This document shows, piece by piece, positions 1 through 13,960 of a DNA stretch of 64,000 bases. Numbering within the stretch: position 1 is the stretch's first letter; each line of letters opens with the position of its first letter. The notes beneath the pieces were generated by a model. The model made no database searches and was not told the DNA's origin. It was given only the letters and a program-made list of their open reading frames with translations. Source of the stretch: Amphiscolops sp. MND2022. Taxonomy: Eukaryota. The stretch is from NCBI GenBank assembly GCA_964187785.1, contig OZ076409.1, positions 69,442,001 to 69,506,000 of the forward strand, given 5' to 3'. A program made the position numbers and the translations under genes.

Positions 1-744
1 TTACGTAATTAACTAACATGTACAAGTTGTTCCGCTCGCTGAACAGTCCGTGTCGAGTTGAAGCTTGCAAGTGGTAGTTGCAACTGTAAAAGTAGTAGGG
101 GAGTCACTGTAGACAACGTAAACAGTGCCCTCAAAATTCTCAGGCACTTCAATCGTATTTGGCAAGTTTGTGATAGCAGCTCCTCCCAGCACACCAGGAG
201 CCCCGAAATAAACTGAAATTTCATCTACCTTGAAACTACCACTAATTTTTTTCTTTCAACTTGTTTAAATCTCATTTAAAAAAACTGAAATATTCCGAGT
301 TCTTGCTTCTACTTAACGCCAGTCATAACATTTTCATTCATAGCTTTTTCTCAAAAGATTTTCTCGAGAAATCCAGCATGGTTTTGTTTAACTTAATTTG
401 AATCAGACCCGATTTTCTAACGAAAGTACTTTTCGTTGAACACTTGGTGATAAAGTAGGTTTTCGGGGAAAGTACGTTATTTTTTGTACGGAGACAACTC
501 ATCAATCGGCAACTCATATAACTCAAAACTCGGGTCAAAATATTAGATCCTATCTAAAGAATAGTTTAAAGATTTTATTCCAAATAATTTTATCAATAAT
601 TTAAGGCAACTATTTGGTTGACAAACGGTTATCAGAAATTTTATTATATGATATCAGGAAAAACAATACAAGCTGAAGGGTTGTCAATATCCAATTGATA
701 TACCAGGATGAATTCTACGAGGGGTGGCTGATGGATTGTGAAGT

Positions 745-947
745 GTGGTACATCGATGAATTCAGAGTGGTCGTTGTGAGTTTCGGATGTTTTCGAGAGA
801 TTTTGAATTTTGGTTTTCATCCCCGGTCCGTCAGTGGCAATCTACACTTTTACACCTGGCCCTGGCCAGTGTTGGAAACCAAAAATTAAAAATTCGCAAA
901 AGCAGCGGGAACTCACAACGACCATTCTGAATTCGTCGATGTACCAC
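745..947. mobile_element. Small foldback/MITE-like element
   Basis: GTGGTACATCGATGAATTCAGAGTGGTCGTTGTGAGTT at 745 is a near-perfect inverted repeat of AACTCACAACGACCATTCTGAATTCGTCGATGTACCAC ending at 947; weaker pairing continues inward; no clear TSD. Confidence 0.65.
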
Positions 948-2160
948 CCGTGACTATCAATGGACCATCAATGGTAGAATGATACCTTCATCAATTGCAT
1001 ATTAAAACACTTCATTGTCAATTTTTCTGAATTACAAATAACGGTAAAGTGAAAATACGCTGACAAAACAGATCAATTTACTCACCAAACCCAGTCAAAA
1101 TCACAACAAAGAACACCATTCTTAGGCTATAACGCAACGCGTGTTCAATTTATTCATTATTGTTTCGAATGAAGCGTTTTTAAGTCTAATTTTGACACAT
1201 GTCATCAAGAGCTGAATAAAAATTTATGACGTAGAAAATCATTAAAAGCAATAGAACATCGCTTTCAAGTACGTGCTTAACAAATGTACACTTTTCACAA
1301 TCTTTGTTGCTGGCGAAAAGCGATTTTTTGAAATGGGACCAAAAACAGTTTCGAATCGATATGCGAAGCGTTTTTAGCTGTTAGACCATGAGACTAGTCA
1401 ATAGCTGAAAGTCTTCTTTGGTATAACTTTTATGACGTCATTGATTTCAAGACGTTCCACCTGCTGAGACATATAAGAAAAATCGCCCTCTCAAGTATAA
1501 AGAAAGTCACCACTCAAAAAAACTGTTCAGTTTTTAACCACTTTTGCTACTTTTGGGTCCGAATAGTCAAAACATTAACATCGAAAAAATGACAGTGCAG
1601 ATGAACATTTTGAATAACACTCAACGATGCCAACGTCTATCTTCCTTCCTTCCGGATTAGCATTTTATCCGGTGCTCAAAAACTTGATTTGACGCTCGCG
1701 AAAAAATTGGCGTTCTTTGTATTTGATCCCCGGATCATTTGCCAAAAAATTGAATACAGTAAACATTAGGCAGCCTTTTTTTAAACATTTCGCTATACCT
1801 CTTCGGAAGACATCACATGCTTAAACCAATCAACCATACGGACTTATTAGGAAGAAGTTTTGGTCACTTCCATCGAACTGAAGGACCGACCAAATCCAAA
1901 CTGGTAATCTATTTTTCACAAAGAACGTACTGAAAACTTCTCAGAGCCGTGAAAGCTTTTCCAAATGAGAGGAGATAGTTTTAAAGCCATAGAACCAAAT
2001 TAAGATCACAAACATTATTCCCTGTGGCAGTTTCTAAATTTGTTGAGGCTACATGGGTTGACAACCAAACCAATCAATCGCTGGCATTCAGGTTTCCCGC
2101 CGCAGCTAGACTGGTGACCACTGTGGTTATTATGACACGTTTTGCAGTACATAATCGATG

Positions 2161-2991
2161 CCCAGTGACACGAATCTTGGTAGCCTTGCCAAGATCTTGG
2201 AAAAACATGGAAACGCATGGTAGGCTTACCAAGACGCATGGAAAAACATGATGCATGCTACGCTTGGTAAGATCTTGGCAAGATCTTGGCAAGATCTTGA
2301 CAAGCGTTCCATGTGGAAATGCTTGCCAAGATCATGGCAAGATCATGGCAAGATCTTGACAAGATAACCATGGTAAGACATGTAAGCTGGTATTAATTGT
2401 GCATAATTTATTCTTTTCGCAAAAATTCTTTGTCGTCTGCAATTTTTGAATTAGCCATTGTAATAACTTTGGACATAATATTTATTGATTGAAAATAGTT
2501 TTCAATTGAAAATTATCCAAAATTTGCTCAATAATTTGCTGCACTTATTGACCGAGTTTTGTTACTTGAGAGCACGGCATTGTTACTACTAACATGACTT
2601 ATCATACCAAGCAAACTCCGAATCAAGTTATTGCAACTTGCGGGTTTGCGATATCGGTGTGAAAACCAACTTTTCTAGCTATTATTTGTTTAGAATTAGC
2701 TATTACCTGATCTATTGAGATAACGGGTTCTAATTACTGAAAAATGCATGAAAAAATCCTGGTTGGATTGGCAAGATGGATAGAAAAATCTTGGTATGCT
2801 TGGCAAGACACATGGAAAAGCTTGGTAAGATACATGGAAAATCTTGGTACGCTTGGTAAGACGCATGGTCAGCCTTGCCATGATCTTGCATGATCATGGT
2901 AGCCTTGGTAAGATCTTGGCAAGATCTTGCCAAGATCTTGGCAAGCATACCCATGCATCTTGGCAAGCGTGCCAAGATTCGTGTCACTGGG
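2161..2991. mobile_element. Non-autonomous TIR element (CMC/EnSpm-like MITE) with subterminal CCAAGATCTTGG repeats
   Basis: Perfect 20-bp TIR CCCAGTGACACGAATCTTGG / CCAAGATTCGTGTCACTGGG; TG on both sides (possible 2-bp TSD); arrays of GCAAGATCTTG-type repeats near both ends. Confidence 0.75.
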
Positions 2992-4329
2992 TGTCGCTAT
3001 GGTACACTACCATAAAATATAGGCGACGCCTTATTCGAAGTATTACAAAAACGTTGGACCTGATTTCCATACAGTTGCTTGACAGTCGGACTGGAATTCG
3101 CACACACGCTATGCCAATGCTAACCCGGACCATCAAGGAGCCTCAGATCAACATTTTGTGGTTTTGAAAATTTTTGGAGTTAGTTGTAATACGGTTGATA
3201 CCGATTGAACTTTACCGAGTTTCTGCCTAGACTTCCTAGCAAGTTGTTTACAAACAAACTTGAATGCTTGAATTAAAAACTGTCCTTCTATATTCAATAT
3301 AGTCAATTGTATTGCTGAGATATTCGTGATATAGAAATAGACTGCTATTTTACAATTGCGTTATTACCATATTAGCTTAGAATATAAAAATAACATTAGG
3401 GTTCTAAGAAAAAGATCTTACCCAACTTTCATGTTCGGAAACGTGACCAAAAAATGGAGATAATTTTTCACACAGGAGAAGTTTGAGAAAAGTTGAAGAA
3501 TCCTCAGTTTCAAGGTAGTCTATGCGACTTACCAAGTAGAGAAATGTTTTGAAATTTTCTACCAAAACAATTTTCGATAAACGTTTTCCGCAATTTTAGA
3601 TTTTGAGGTTTTCTGTATAAATAAGTCGGAAATAGGTTTCCCGAGTCTTGAGGGTGACCTCTTTGTTAGTTTTTTATCATGTGGAACTGATGAGTTTCCT
3701 TATTGATTGTGGAAAATACCTCATATCCTTTTTTGCGGCTTGAGAAAATTAGTTTTGCGAGCTGAAACTTGTTTCCTCTGCAGGACTTTACCAAAAGAAC
3801 TCAAAAAATTGTTTTTTTGTGATTCCTGTTGGGAAAGAAGTGGTTCCTGAGTCTCAGGCGTATCTCTCTCCAGGTAATTTTTGGCACTGAGAAAACGGTA
3901 TAGGCTCTAGTGCGTAAAGTCAACATGCTGATGGCGTTGACTGCTTCAACTATGTTTCACTCCGGACAGCTGTTACGGATAAGCCTGCGACAGTCCAGCA
4001 TGTTTGAAGCAGGTCAACGCCGCTCCAAATCAATCAATGAATGTCCTCGATTGTACCTTTCGATCTCGTACGGCATCCTTTTTTTCAACTTTTGTTGGCT
4101 TTGTTACTCTACTAGATCAGTTACGGATTTGCTATCCTTTGTTCTCGACATTTCTTTGTTTAAGTCATTTCAGTTTTGCTTCATTACGATTTGTGCCATA
4201 GTTCCAAGTTCAAACCAGTTCGTCGTCATCTGCTTTGTCACATCACAGTCTTTACTGTCAACATTTCACCTTTTGACCTTTGTGATTTTTAGTCTAGTCG
4301 GGTCGTTCTCCTTTTAAGAAAAAGAGCTT

Positions 4330-4798
4330 TTTTCTTTCAGATGACAGACATCACACTGATCGGTGCACGTTTTCTACAGAAACTAAAAAAGCTACTCAGA
4401 CTACCAAAAATACTCGCCGGCCAAAGGAAACTTAGTAAAAAAGAGTTCCCCTGTAATTTTGTACTATTCTAACGTAACCTTCAAAGCCGGACGAGTCTAT
4501 AGGGCCACTCCTTTTGATTTGTTTCGGCACTGTGCCACTATTTCCAAAATATTTTAAAGTATCAGAGGGGGTCCCTCTTCGAGTTTTTAGATATTTTGCT
4601 ACAGAATGTGTGTTAATAAATCCCGAAAGGTTCCCCTTTTGCATTTGTTGGTTTCTGAGTCCTATCGAGCATGAAAGGCGCCCTTTATGTGTCTCAAAAC
4701 TGCTTTCTGAGCTTTGCATAAAAAACCGTGGGAATGATTTACCAACTTTGAGCTTTTTGAGTTTTAATTTTTGCGCCGACTTTAGACGTTCTCTTGTT
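4330..4798 (+). mobile_element. Decayed copy (3' part) of Helentron-like non-autonomous family 2
   Basis: Ends GCGCCGACT...CTTGTT like the copy at 37819-38366; shares AAAGGG..CCC / TTTCGGCACT repeat body; left boundary approximate. Confidence 0.4.
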
Positions 4799-5379
4799 CC
4801 TCTATTTTTTTCTTTTTTTCTCAGTTTCGCAATTCGAACAGTCCGTTATATCTGTTCGTACAGAAATTTGATGATTCAATTACTTCGGGAAGTGGTGAAA
4901 TGCCTGGATATAGTGAAGACTTTGATATTTTTTTAAACGTGTTCGACTATTTTCTAAGTGAAATAATGATTCCAGTGTTTATTTTCACAGATTTCTTTTT
5001 GGGGTTTCCTATGCTAAGTGATGAACATGTTTCGTTTTTTAATCAGCTCTTCACAGATCCAATTTTGGGTTTCCTGTTCGAAGTGATTAACAAATTGGTT
5101 GAGTCGACTCCAGTATGAAAAGTGAGAAGTTACCAGGGTCCCACAGTTTTGATCAAACAACTTCCGTTTCTGATTGGTTTCTGCCTCCTGTATTCAGAAT
5201 GTTTTGGGTTTGAACTCCTTTCTACCCAGGCTCATCTTCCTGAGTTACAAAGGGTGAGTTTTTTGTTGTTTTGATATATGTGTTTCCTCTATATAGCCTT
5301 CGTGTTGTTCTTTCGGTTTTCAATTAGATGCTCTATAGTTTCAGTTTTTACTTTTTTGCCTCGTCCGGAAAACGCATAT

Positions 5380-5920
5380 TACAACAAAATTTTTTTATTG
5401 TTTTGTATTTTGCTACTGTTTTGTGGCATACTGTTGTTTCGCATAGTTTCCATACCTCTGTGATCATTTTCCGAAGTTTGATCATGCTCTTGTCTTACAA
5501 AAACTGCATAGTCCTTATGGTTTTCACTCTGCTGCGGAAAAACTATAACGCAGCACAAAAAATTAAATTTATACTGTTTCGTTCTAAAATACGCAAACTG
5601 CTTCATGTTTTATACTGCTTTTTTTCTGAAAACCGCATATCATTGTTACACCATTCTGATTTCTTCGAAAATGCATTTTGACGTTCCATCATGCTGTGTT
5701 TCACTGAAAACTGCGTCAAATCATTCCACTATGCTGTTTGCTTCTGGAAATCGCATAAACCTCATCATTTTGCTGTTTTCTGTTGACAACCGCGTCAAAT
5801 CATCCCATTACGATGTTTTACGTCCAAAACAGCCTGAAAGTGTTGGCAATGCTGTTTTTCTTCCAAAACAGCCTAAAATTTGTCCACTGTGCCTTTTTTC
5901 TTCCAAAATAGGATAATGAC
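5380..5920. repeat. Degenerate tandem repeat array
   Basis: Recurring CTGTTT(T)...GAAAA(C/T)(C/T)GCAT...CAT motifs at roughly 40-50 bp spacing. Confidence 0.4.
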
Positions 5921-6235
5921 GTCTCCGTTAGATGCATGGTTCATTTCCGAAATGTTCTGCACAATATACTAGTAATGGTTTGGTGTTTGAGCCATCACGA
6001 AAAGTATTCCTTGCGTAATGCTGCTTTCATGTGATTTGCTGAATAAACTGTTTTGACTAATTGCTTTCACGAACCAAGACTTGTTAAATTTGTCGTGTTT
6101 TCTTTTGAAAATTGAATGGAATGTGATGCTGTTTTGTTCAATATGTTCGTTCTTTGATGTTTTTCCTAGTACTGATTTTTTTTCAGCTACAGGCTGGTTA
6201 CAATTGATTTGGTAAACTTTGGTCCATGTGCCGAA

Positions 6236-6284
6236 AAGATATGTCCTCCGAAGATATGTCCTCCGAAGATATGTCCTCCGAAGA
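6236..6284. repeat. 15-bp tandem repeat x3
   Basis: AAGATATGTCCTCCG repeated three times. Confidence 0.9.
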
Positions 6285-6599
6285 AGATTTTGACTGAAAC
6301 GAAAACTGATAAAAAAGATAAAACGAAACGGTAAAAACGAACGAGACTATTGTATTTAGGTTAAGTCTTTGACTCTCTCGATTTGAGTTTTTCTAATATC
6401 TTTATGAGTCGGAAGTAAAGGTTTGGGCGTGATTGGTACTTTTTACTTCTTGTTTCGACAACATCTTCTGTTTCTTTTGCATCAGTTTTCGGGTTGTTTT
6501 CGACAGGGTTAAGAGAACTCTAGAGATGTGTTTTTGAGAGTTTTCTGTTTTTCTCGAAATTGGCTTTTGCTCATAGTTTTCAGTTTCTGAAGGCTGTTT

Positions 6600-8000
6600 T
6601 CAAACCATTTGTTATTCATTGTCAATCACAACAGGCTCTTTTGCAACTTTTGTTTGAAAAACCGTGGAATCGTGGTTGGTAAATCTCAGGTGGACCGGTA
6701 GTTTCATATTCAACCATGTCCCCTTTGTGGTCACAGTTCCCCAGCTCAGAATCAAATGGACTAAAACCAATGTTAGTGTACGAAGTGTGGGCAAAAAGTC
6801 TTCTTGAGATGTAAGAATGTCGCCTTTTTGAACATCACGATGAAGTCTTCTTGGAATTGGAAATTAGCTACCTCGAACTCGAGGAGGGCAGATCATCCAA
6901 TTGGGTGTTGAAAAAGACCAGTTGATACCATCATTTGAAAATTGGGCGCTGGTCCACTGTCTTCGAATGCTTCGTTTGATACGAGATTTGATTATGTTGA
7001 GATCTGCATCAGAAATGGCGCTGTTAAAGACGCTGGTGTCAATGAGTCCATCCAGAGTACATTTTTCGAAATCCAAATGACAAAAGTACATGTGGCGTTT
7101 CTTTCCGAGACTAGGTATAGTGGAGAGACTGAATTATAAAGCTTTGTTACCGTCAATTTTTGTGAAACGATTAAAAAAATCGTCGTCAAGTAGGTGTTGT
7201 TTTATAGGTGATGCTCAGAAGAAAGTTTTATTAATTCAGACACTGCTGGATCGTCAGCTGTAGTTGTTGATGTATATTATTGATTTGCGCATTTAAATTG
7301 TGTTTCGTGAGGTTGTGAAGTTGCGGGTGTTGGTTTTGTGGCTCTTGTTCATTTTCGTGTTAGAAAGATTGTCGAAGAATGTATTCATCTGGGGCATCCT
7401 TGTAAAATTAATACAGGTCCTCAGGATGGGTGTTAGACGTTGAAGGTCGTGATTTTGTAGTCTTCGAGTCGTTCTCTAGTGCTGTAGTTTTCATGGGTTT
7501 TGGGTTCAGCGCATGCTGCAACTTGTTTTCCGATTTTGTTTTTGTGGCAGTTTAAAGTGAAAGAGTGGCGTTATTAGTTAAATTTTTCCGATGTCGAAGA
7601 TTTCCGGTTTTGAGCAATGTTAGGTTTGTTTGAGATTTTATACTTTTCATCGATGGTTTGCTGGGTTTCTCTGAGTTTCCGTTTGGGTGGCAATTTTTCG
7701 TATTTGCTCCAAAGTAACACGTAGGTGCTTCATGACCATAGCTGTTACATTTGGAACAATTTGGTGCATCTGCGTTTTTATCCATTTTTTGTCGTGTGGC
7801 AAGTTTTGGGCACTCTTTTGCTGTATAGCCTTCGTGCTTGCAATATCGACATTGGTTTTTTGAATAGTGTTATTGGGGACTCTGTTGGAATTTTTTGTCT
7901 CCGCGTTTGGGTTTGCGACGGTCCTTTAGTGTTTTGTGAGCTGAATTGTTGCTTTGCAATAGTCATCTGTGTTGTTTACTAGGAGCTCGTCTGCTCCGAG
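6600..8000 (-). pseudogene. Decayed Ty3/Gypsy-like gag-protease remnant
   Basis: CCHC knuckle CSKCNSYGHEAPTC (ORF 7552-7785) followed downstream on the minus strand by an aspartic-protease-like DGLIDTSVFNSAIS (ORF 6864-7091); frames broken. Confidence 0.6.
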
Positions 8001-9799
8001 TCCGCTGAGCTCCGATTCACTTTCAGAGGTGCTTCCTTCTCTATCTGAAGAGTGAGATTGTATTCTCCTTGAACATCTAGTTCTTTTGTTTCCCACGATC
8101 GCAAATTGTCACAACTACCCTATTAGCCAAGTAATTGGGTTTCAAGAATATATAAACCCAATTCTGAAAAACAGAAAATGACCCGACTACCAACTAATGG
8201 ACGACCATAGTCTTGACATGAAACGCAGCGGATGCCTTCACCAATCGTCGTGACAGTTCCAGTACATTAACAAAAAGCTAAGACAAGGTTTCAGAACCCT
8301 CTAAAACAAAATCTGGCTAAGCTGGATACGTTTTTCTTACAGATACTATTCAGTCGAGCAGGATACTTTGCTATAAATCATCAATTTTTTTCTGCCACAC
8401 CTCGGAAATACACAGGAAATGCATGGATTCTACTAAAAGGAAGCCTACCAGGCTCAAGAGAACCATTTAAAAAATATCTGTGACCCTTCCATGAGTTTTT
8501 CCTAGATCAGGACCTTACAGGGCCGGAAAGCAGGGAAAACTCCAAGTTTTGACAAAAAGTGAAAGTTAACCCTCGGTGGTCTTCATAAAAACTGTTCTAG
8601 GTGTAACGTCAAGCTAGCAGCGTACATCCCCAAGAGCTTGCACAGTGCCTAGACAGCTTAAACAGGAGACCATTGTCTTACTACAAGTCTAGACACTAGT
8701 TTTTCTCACAAAAAATCTCCTGGGGACTTTTATTACGTTGAAGAGACTACACATTTTAGAGCTCTGAGGCAACGTACTGGCGCTGACAAGCCTGGACACG
8801 TCCCACAAGCCTGTAAAAGCGGTTTCTAGAGTTCATGGGAATTTCTACCTACTTTCGAGGTCCAACAATGGCAATTAGCTAAAGTACATTCTATTGGGGC
8901 AAAAAGTCTAAAGAGATGATCTACTGGAACGAAAATCACCTATAAACCTGCAAAAGCCACAAATACGTTATAACAAACCGAGAAAATGTCATTTTTTCTT
9001 CTCAGTGAGTCTTGGACTTGCGGGGTGGCACATGAAGAAGTTTGCAAACTTCCACTATTGAATTTCATCTCTCGGGCCATTCTTCAGGTCCTGCCGTTAA
9101 CTGGGGCGTTTTCCGAGGGGGATCGCACCACGCGTCGATTTCGGGAAACATCTACGTCTTTTTACGTCTTGGTAGTGTTCTCTCACAGCAAGACTGTCTT
9201 TTGTTGCTTTTGGTTTTCCTGACTGATGCAAAGTACCTGCCAGGTCGGCCATTTTTCTTTGTGCGGTACTTCGAATTCTTCATTTTTTGTCAGGTGATGA
9301 ATTTTTTCACTGGTCGTCTAAGATGGTTGACGTTACATCCTCTCCGAGCCGTAGTTTGTTGTCCTCGGTAGAAGAGATGAACGTTCACGTCTTGGTTGCT
9401 ATCATCCAGCGATACTGTTTCATCAACATAGCGCATCACGAACATAAGTAGAAGTTGCTGCCCCGAATGGAATATGAGCTTTTTGCAGGCATAGCAGGTT
9501 TTCTTAGAATCCACGTCAACAATGGGTTGTAACACTGCAATAGCAATAGCATTTTTCGACACTTAGCATCATTTTGAAATTGTTCTCAGACGTCTGATCT
9601 CGCACAAAATTTTCTAGCACTTGTGCCGTTAACTGGGGCGTTTTCCAAAAGGGATGGTACCAACGTCGATTTCGGGGACAAATGTGAGTCCCATTACGTC
9701 GTCAGGGTGTTCTCTCTCAGGGTGTCTCAGTTTTTGGTCGTCGTGACTGATTCGGAGTACCTGCCAGATTGGCCGTTTCTCTTTCGTGTGATAAGAATT

Positions 9800-10150
9800 T
9801 CTCGAAGATTGGCAGACAAATCTTATGGGTCTTTCCCAGTGTTAACGACGTAACTATCACTCGCAAAGTTGAATTTCTGAGTAGGTCGTTCAAGACGATG
9901 ATGAAGAGTAATGGTGACAACACACTTCTCTGTGGAACGCTAGTGGTAATCTGAATCCTCGGATCTTGGTGTTCATTCATTTCATCGGAAGCCGCTCTGT
10001 TTTTCAAAAGCAATTCAATTATCTGATACATTCTGTCAGAAATACTGTGTTCTAACAGTGTAAAGAGAAGACCCTCAACCCACAGGCTATCAAAAGTTTT
10101 ATCGAGATCATTGTTTAGCAAGCCTGTAAGAACGATTCCTAGAGTTTCTG
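9800..10150 (-). pseudogene. Non-LTR reverse transcriptase fragment
   Basis: DLDKTFDSLW (DxxKAFD) and SVPQRSVLSPLLFII (GVPQGSVLSPLLF) motifs. Confidence 0.75.
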
Positions 10151-10899
10151 TGAATTTATACATCATTTCGAGGTATAAAAATGGCAATTAGCTAAAGTAC
10201 ATTTTATCGTGGGAATATGATTTGAATTGATAATCTAGTGAATTGAACATCGCTAAACATCTGCGAAAGCTACAATTACGTTATAACAAATTGAGAAAAC
10301 ATCGAGGATCAGTCTCAGCAAGTATATATTTTTACGCACCAAAGAAAATGTGAATTCTCTGCAGATCACAATTGTGTGCCATCTTCCCCCACATTGAATC
10401 ACAACTCAAAAAAGGAACAAAATCTGCCCGAAACATGGTGAGATCCGGGCACGACGACAAACATTAAGCACAATAGCATTAGCCAGACAGTTGGAAACCC
10501 ATCACATGAACAATCGAAAATGGTCTGCGTATGAATCCCTCTGGGAACCACGTTCAACGTTCTTCCAGAGAGTTTTGTATTGGCTTGAATTAACTAAGTT
10601 GAGTCAAAATCGAACTAAATTTGGAATCTTATATCAAACACGAATTTGCTTTCAAACGTTATAATCATATTGAATCTGATGAAAATCTGTATCGATTTCT
10701 AGATAGACTGTGCAACTACTCTGGATAGATTCAAACTGGAGAACGTCTCCAGGTCTCGTGGCTGCAATAAAAGTTGAATGTTGAAACTGAGAACCACTTC
10801 CTGATCTCTTTGATTTTTTTAGTAGAGCGGATATTTATTCTGTTAAGACGATCGATTCGAATTTCATGTTATAGGACGCTGGCCATGATGTTGATGTCA

Positions 10900-12490
10900 C
10901 ATTCATTGATTGGTGTGGTCCTCATGATATTTTTCCTCTTGCTTCTCAAAGCTTTGAGCGCTGTACGAATGATTGGTAGAGGAGATCCGCTTTCGAATGA
11001 ATGAAATCGCTTCGACGTATGACGATTTAGTTTTTTCACTCAATTTCTCAGCAAAAACTTTGCGAAAATTAGTGTGAAAAATCGCCTCTTCACCTGTAGC
11101 ACCGTTAGTGCTAAAACCGAGTGAGGTAAAACTGGGGTTTTCATTTTCACGAACACGGTCATTATATTGGGTCTTATTAAACATTTCGTTTTTCTTCAGA
11201 ATTGTTTTCTGGGGTTTATTCCTGTGACTGGGACAAATTCGCAAGGGTTTAGCTCACCTGTAACGGCTCCTAAGTGTTTCTGCGGAGTTTGAGTGATGTT
11301 GATTCTGGTTTTTTTGAAAATTCTTCCAGCTTTATTCGCTACTTTTTGCAAATGAGCCAACATTTGGATGCTTTAGCAAAGTAACCGTATTTTGGGCCAA
11401 AGTCATTTTGTTGATCCCACCATTTCTTGACAGAAGTTGTTAACCTAGGCATGCCGCGTCATCGGCCATCTGCAAACCAATCTTGTTTTATGTCTGTTCC
11501 TTCGATTCTGTCAATTAAAGGTTTCCGATCGTGTAATAGATCACTGCGATGTTGTCGCTTTGAGTAGTGCCTTCCAGCACAAGATAGTTCACAAGTGTTC
11601 ACAAGATAGTTATGGATTTTGGGGCAGGCGAACAGAGCATTGTGAAGCGACAATTCTCGGTTCATTTTGTTGAAAGCTTTAGATGCGTCTAATTGTAGCA
11701 TGCAATCGGTTGATGCTAAACCATAGACTTTGGTAGCAGCATGAATAGCAGCCTCGATGCCACCTTGTTGTCGAGGGCAGGTTTGTCGCACACCAACTGC
11801 TTCGCAAACATCCGCGTTCAAGAGCTTCGAAACATTTTAACCTAATACTCGTCGCAGGATTTCCCCAATGCCCTTAGGTCTGACAGCGCCCTGGTCCTCT
11901 TTGTCTAATGCGATGGTTCTGCATGCAGTGTAGGTTTGAAGTGCGACCGGATTAACTTCTGAACAGCATATTGGCTTGGCAATGTCAGACACAGTTGTGC
12001 AGAAACTCTAACTAACTTGTTTGAACTACGTCGAGCATGCCATTCGTCGGAAATTCGCAGTGTCTAGACCACTCGGTCCACCGGACCCGTGCATCTGCAA
12101 GGCAGAGTGGTAAATTGCCGAGTGGGTTATGGATTCAAAGACAACTGGGTTAGTTTCGGCAGGTGATCACTGAATCATTTCGGATGTTGTGACATGTCGA
12201 CGTGGTGGATGCAGTTTCTGTAGCTCTTCCAGCACGTTCTAAATTGGGAGCTTCCTCTTTAAGGAGAATCATCGCTGATGTTAACCTTCTTTAAGAACTA
12301 GTTCAGCAAATACTTAATTGATATTCGACTGACGTGTTTTAGATTTGAGCAGTTCTTGTTAGATGGCTTCATATTCCTGGTATATATTATCTATTCCACC
12401 ATTACTCAACAATTTTAGTCGTTTCTCTAAAATTTTCAGGTGATCTTTTGCTTTGGACTCCTTGAAAAGTTTCTGTAGCTTTAACATGCA
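10900..12490 (-). pseudogene. Decayed CRE-clade-like non-LTR retrotransposon RT region
   Basis: Minus-strand motifs QMHGSGGPSGLD, VRPKGIGEILRRVLG, GGIEAAIHA, QLDASKAFN, WFAD, FGPKYGYFAK; many stops and frameshifts. Confidence 0.7.
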
Positions 12491-12535
12491 GTAGACGTGA
12501 AAGATTTTCACTTATGTGCGGTGAAGGGAGAGATG

Positions 12536-12705
12536 GTTTGGAACCAGTTTGTAGAAAACCAGTTTGTAGAAAACCAGTTTGTAGAACCCAGTTTGTAGAG
12601 AACTGAAGTCAAGTTTGTAGAACTATTTTCTACAAACTGGATTCTACAAACTGGGTTTTTACAAACTCGTTAGGTCCAGTTTGTAGAATACCAGTTTGTA
12701 GAACT
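12536..12705. repeat. Array of CCAGTTTGTAGAA repeats in both orientations (MITE-like subterminal repeats)
   Basis: Multiple direct GTTTGTAGAA copies plus inverted TTCTACAAAC copies. Confidence 0.7.
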
Positions 12706-12769
12706 CTGGAATTGAAGCAAAACAATGAGACCAATAATGTAGGATTGATGCAAAGTATAAAACAAGGCT

Positions 12770-12946
12770 CGGATATGTCCCCATTTCCTCTAGTGCCCCG
12801 TGGCCTTCTGGGCCGCTTATTTTCCTATCTTGCTAAGCGAGGTTAAACAGGCGCAAAGATCTAGCGGGAACGGAGATCGGGAAGCAATCGTAGTGGGAGC
12901 TGGTCTTTGCGACGGTGATGGCAAGCGTATATACACCGGATATGCC
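12770..12946 (+). repeat. ~167-bp interspersed unit (copy 1)
   Basis: CCCCATTTCCTCTAGTGCCC...CTTTGCGACGGTGA...ATACACC; further copies at 15360-15540 (+), 15688-15836 (-) and 15955-16855 (+, interrupted). Confidence 0.8.
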
Positions 12947-12949
12947 AGA

Positions 12950-13960
12950 CATTTCAATTTTCAGATCTTCTTCCTTTAGACCTTACTACCTGAACTGTCA
13001 AACTATTCTCAAACAACTGGAACGGTGGTGCAAAAGTTGGAGGATCGCAGTCAATGGTGACAAGACGTCAATAATCTACCTCAACACTGAGAACACGCAC
13101 GCCTCGAAGTTTTCCGGCGAGGCCTGCAAGGTCACCAGAAACACCAAAATCCTGGGTTTGTTTGTGGACAACAAACTGAATTTCAACGAACATCGTCAGC
13201 AGGTAGGAAACAGCTAAACAGCTGAACATATTTAAAATGTTTCGCGGCTCTAATTGGGGTCAAAAGCAAGCAACGCTCATAAAGTTTTACAAAACCCTAG
13301 TGCTCCCCCAATTTCTGTACGCTGTCCCTGTGTGTGCTAGTAAACATGTTTAAGCACTTAGCTGATTCCATTACACTGCGCTCAAACTTATCATAGGTAC
13401 AAGTACGATATTCGACCAGTTGGCAGCAGAAATACTGTGCGGTCTCCCGCCTATGCAATTACAAATCACATTATCATTATTAAATTTGGAAACAACCTTT
13501 CTCAACAGATGGACGTTTTGTGGAAACTGTATCGGAAATGTCAATTGCCAGGAATAAAAAGTGATCAAAAATTCATTGATGATTTTTATAAAGTCATAGG
13601 TCCACCAAATTGTTACACGGTGTCAACCGGTCATGAGTACCTGAGGAGTAGATCAGAAGATTCAAGAACGCGCTCACGACCACCCCGCTGTATTGTTCAA
13701 TCACTCAAATTGAACTGGAAGGGATTGCCTGTCCAAAAACGACAAGCAGACACCTATAAAGAACTATCAACAAGCTTCTTTTGAATTGCAAAGTGGAACT
13801 GGTATAAGATGCGTACAAAATTTCGCGAGCGGAGACCTGTCCTGCACTACTTATTCTTTTGCCCCCTATACGAGCCGTTTCGTGCGCCCGACCTTGCTAT
13901 AGGAAATATCTATTCACTTACCTGGACCACGAACCTAATAAATTTCATCTTAGATCCTGG
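12950..13960 (+). pseudogene. 3' part of a LINE ORF2 (RT thumb plus C-terminal Zn knuckle)
   Basis: LERWCKSWRIAVNGDKT, KILGLFVDNKLNFNEH, YKTLVLPQFLYA, LHYLFFCPLY; interrupted by stops and frameshifts. Confidence 0.75.

Noticed and set aside
2015..3167. ORFs with LARSCQDL repeats
   Set aside because: Artefacts of the palindromic CCAAGATCTTGG subrepeats in a MITE
8100..8990. Possible LTR-retrotransposon RT/RNase H remnant
   Set aside because: Only a vague FLEFMG resemblance; no catalytic motif readable
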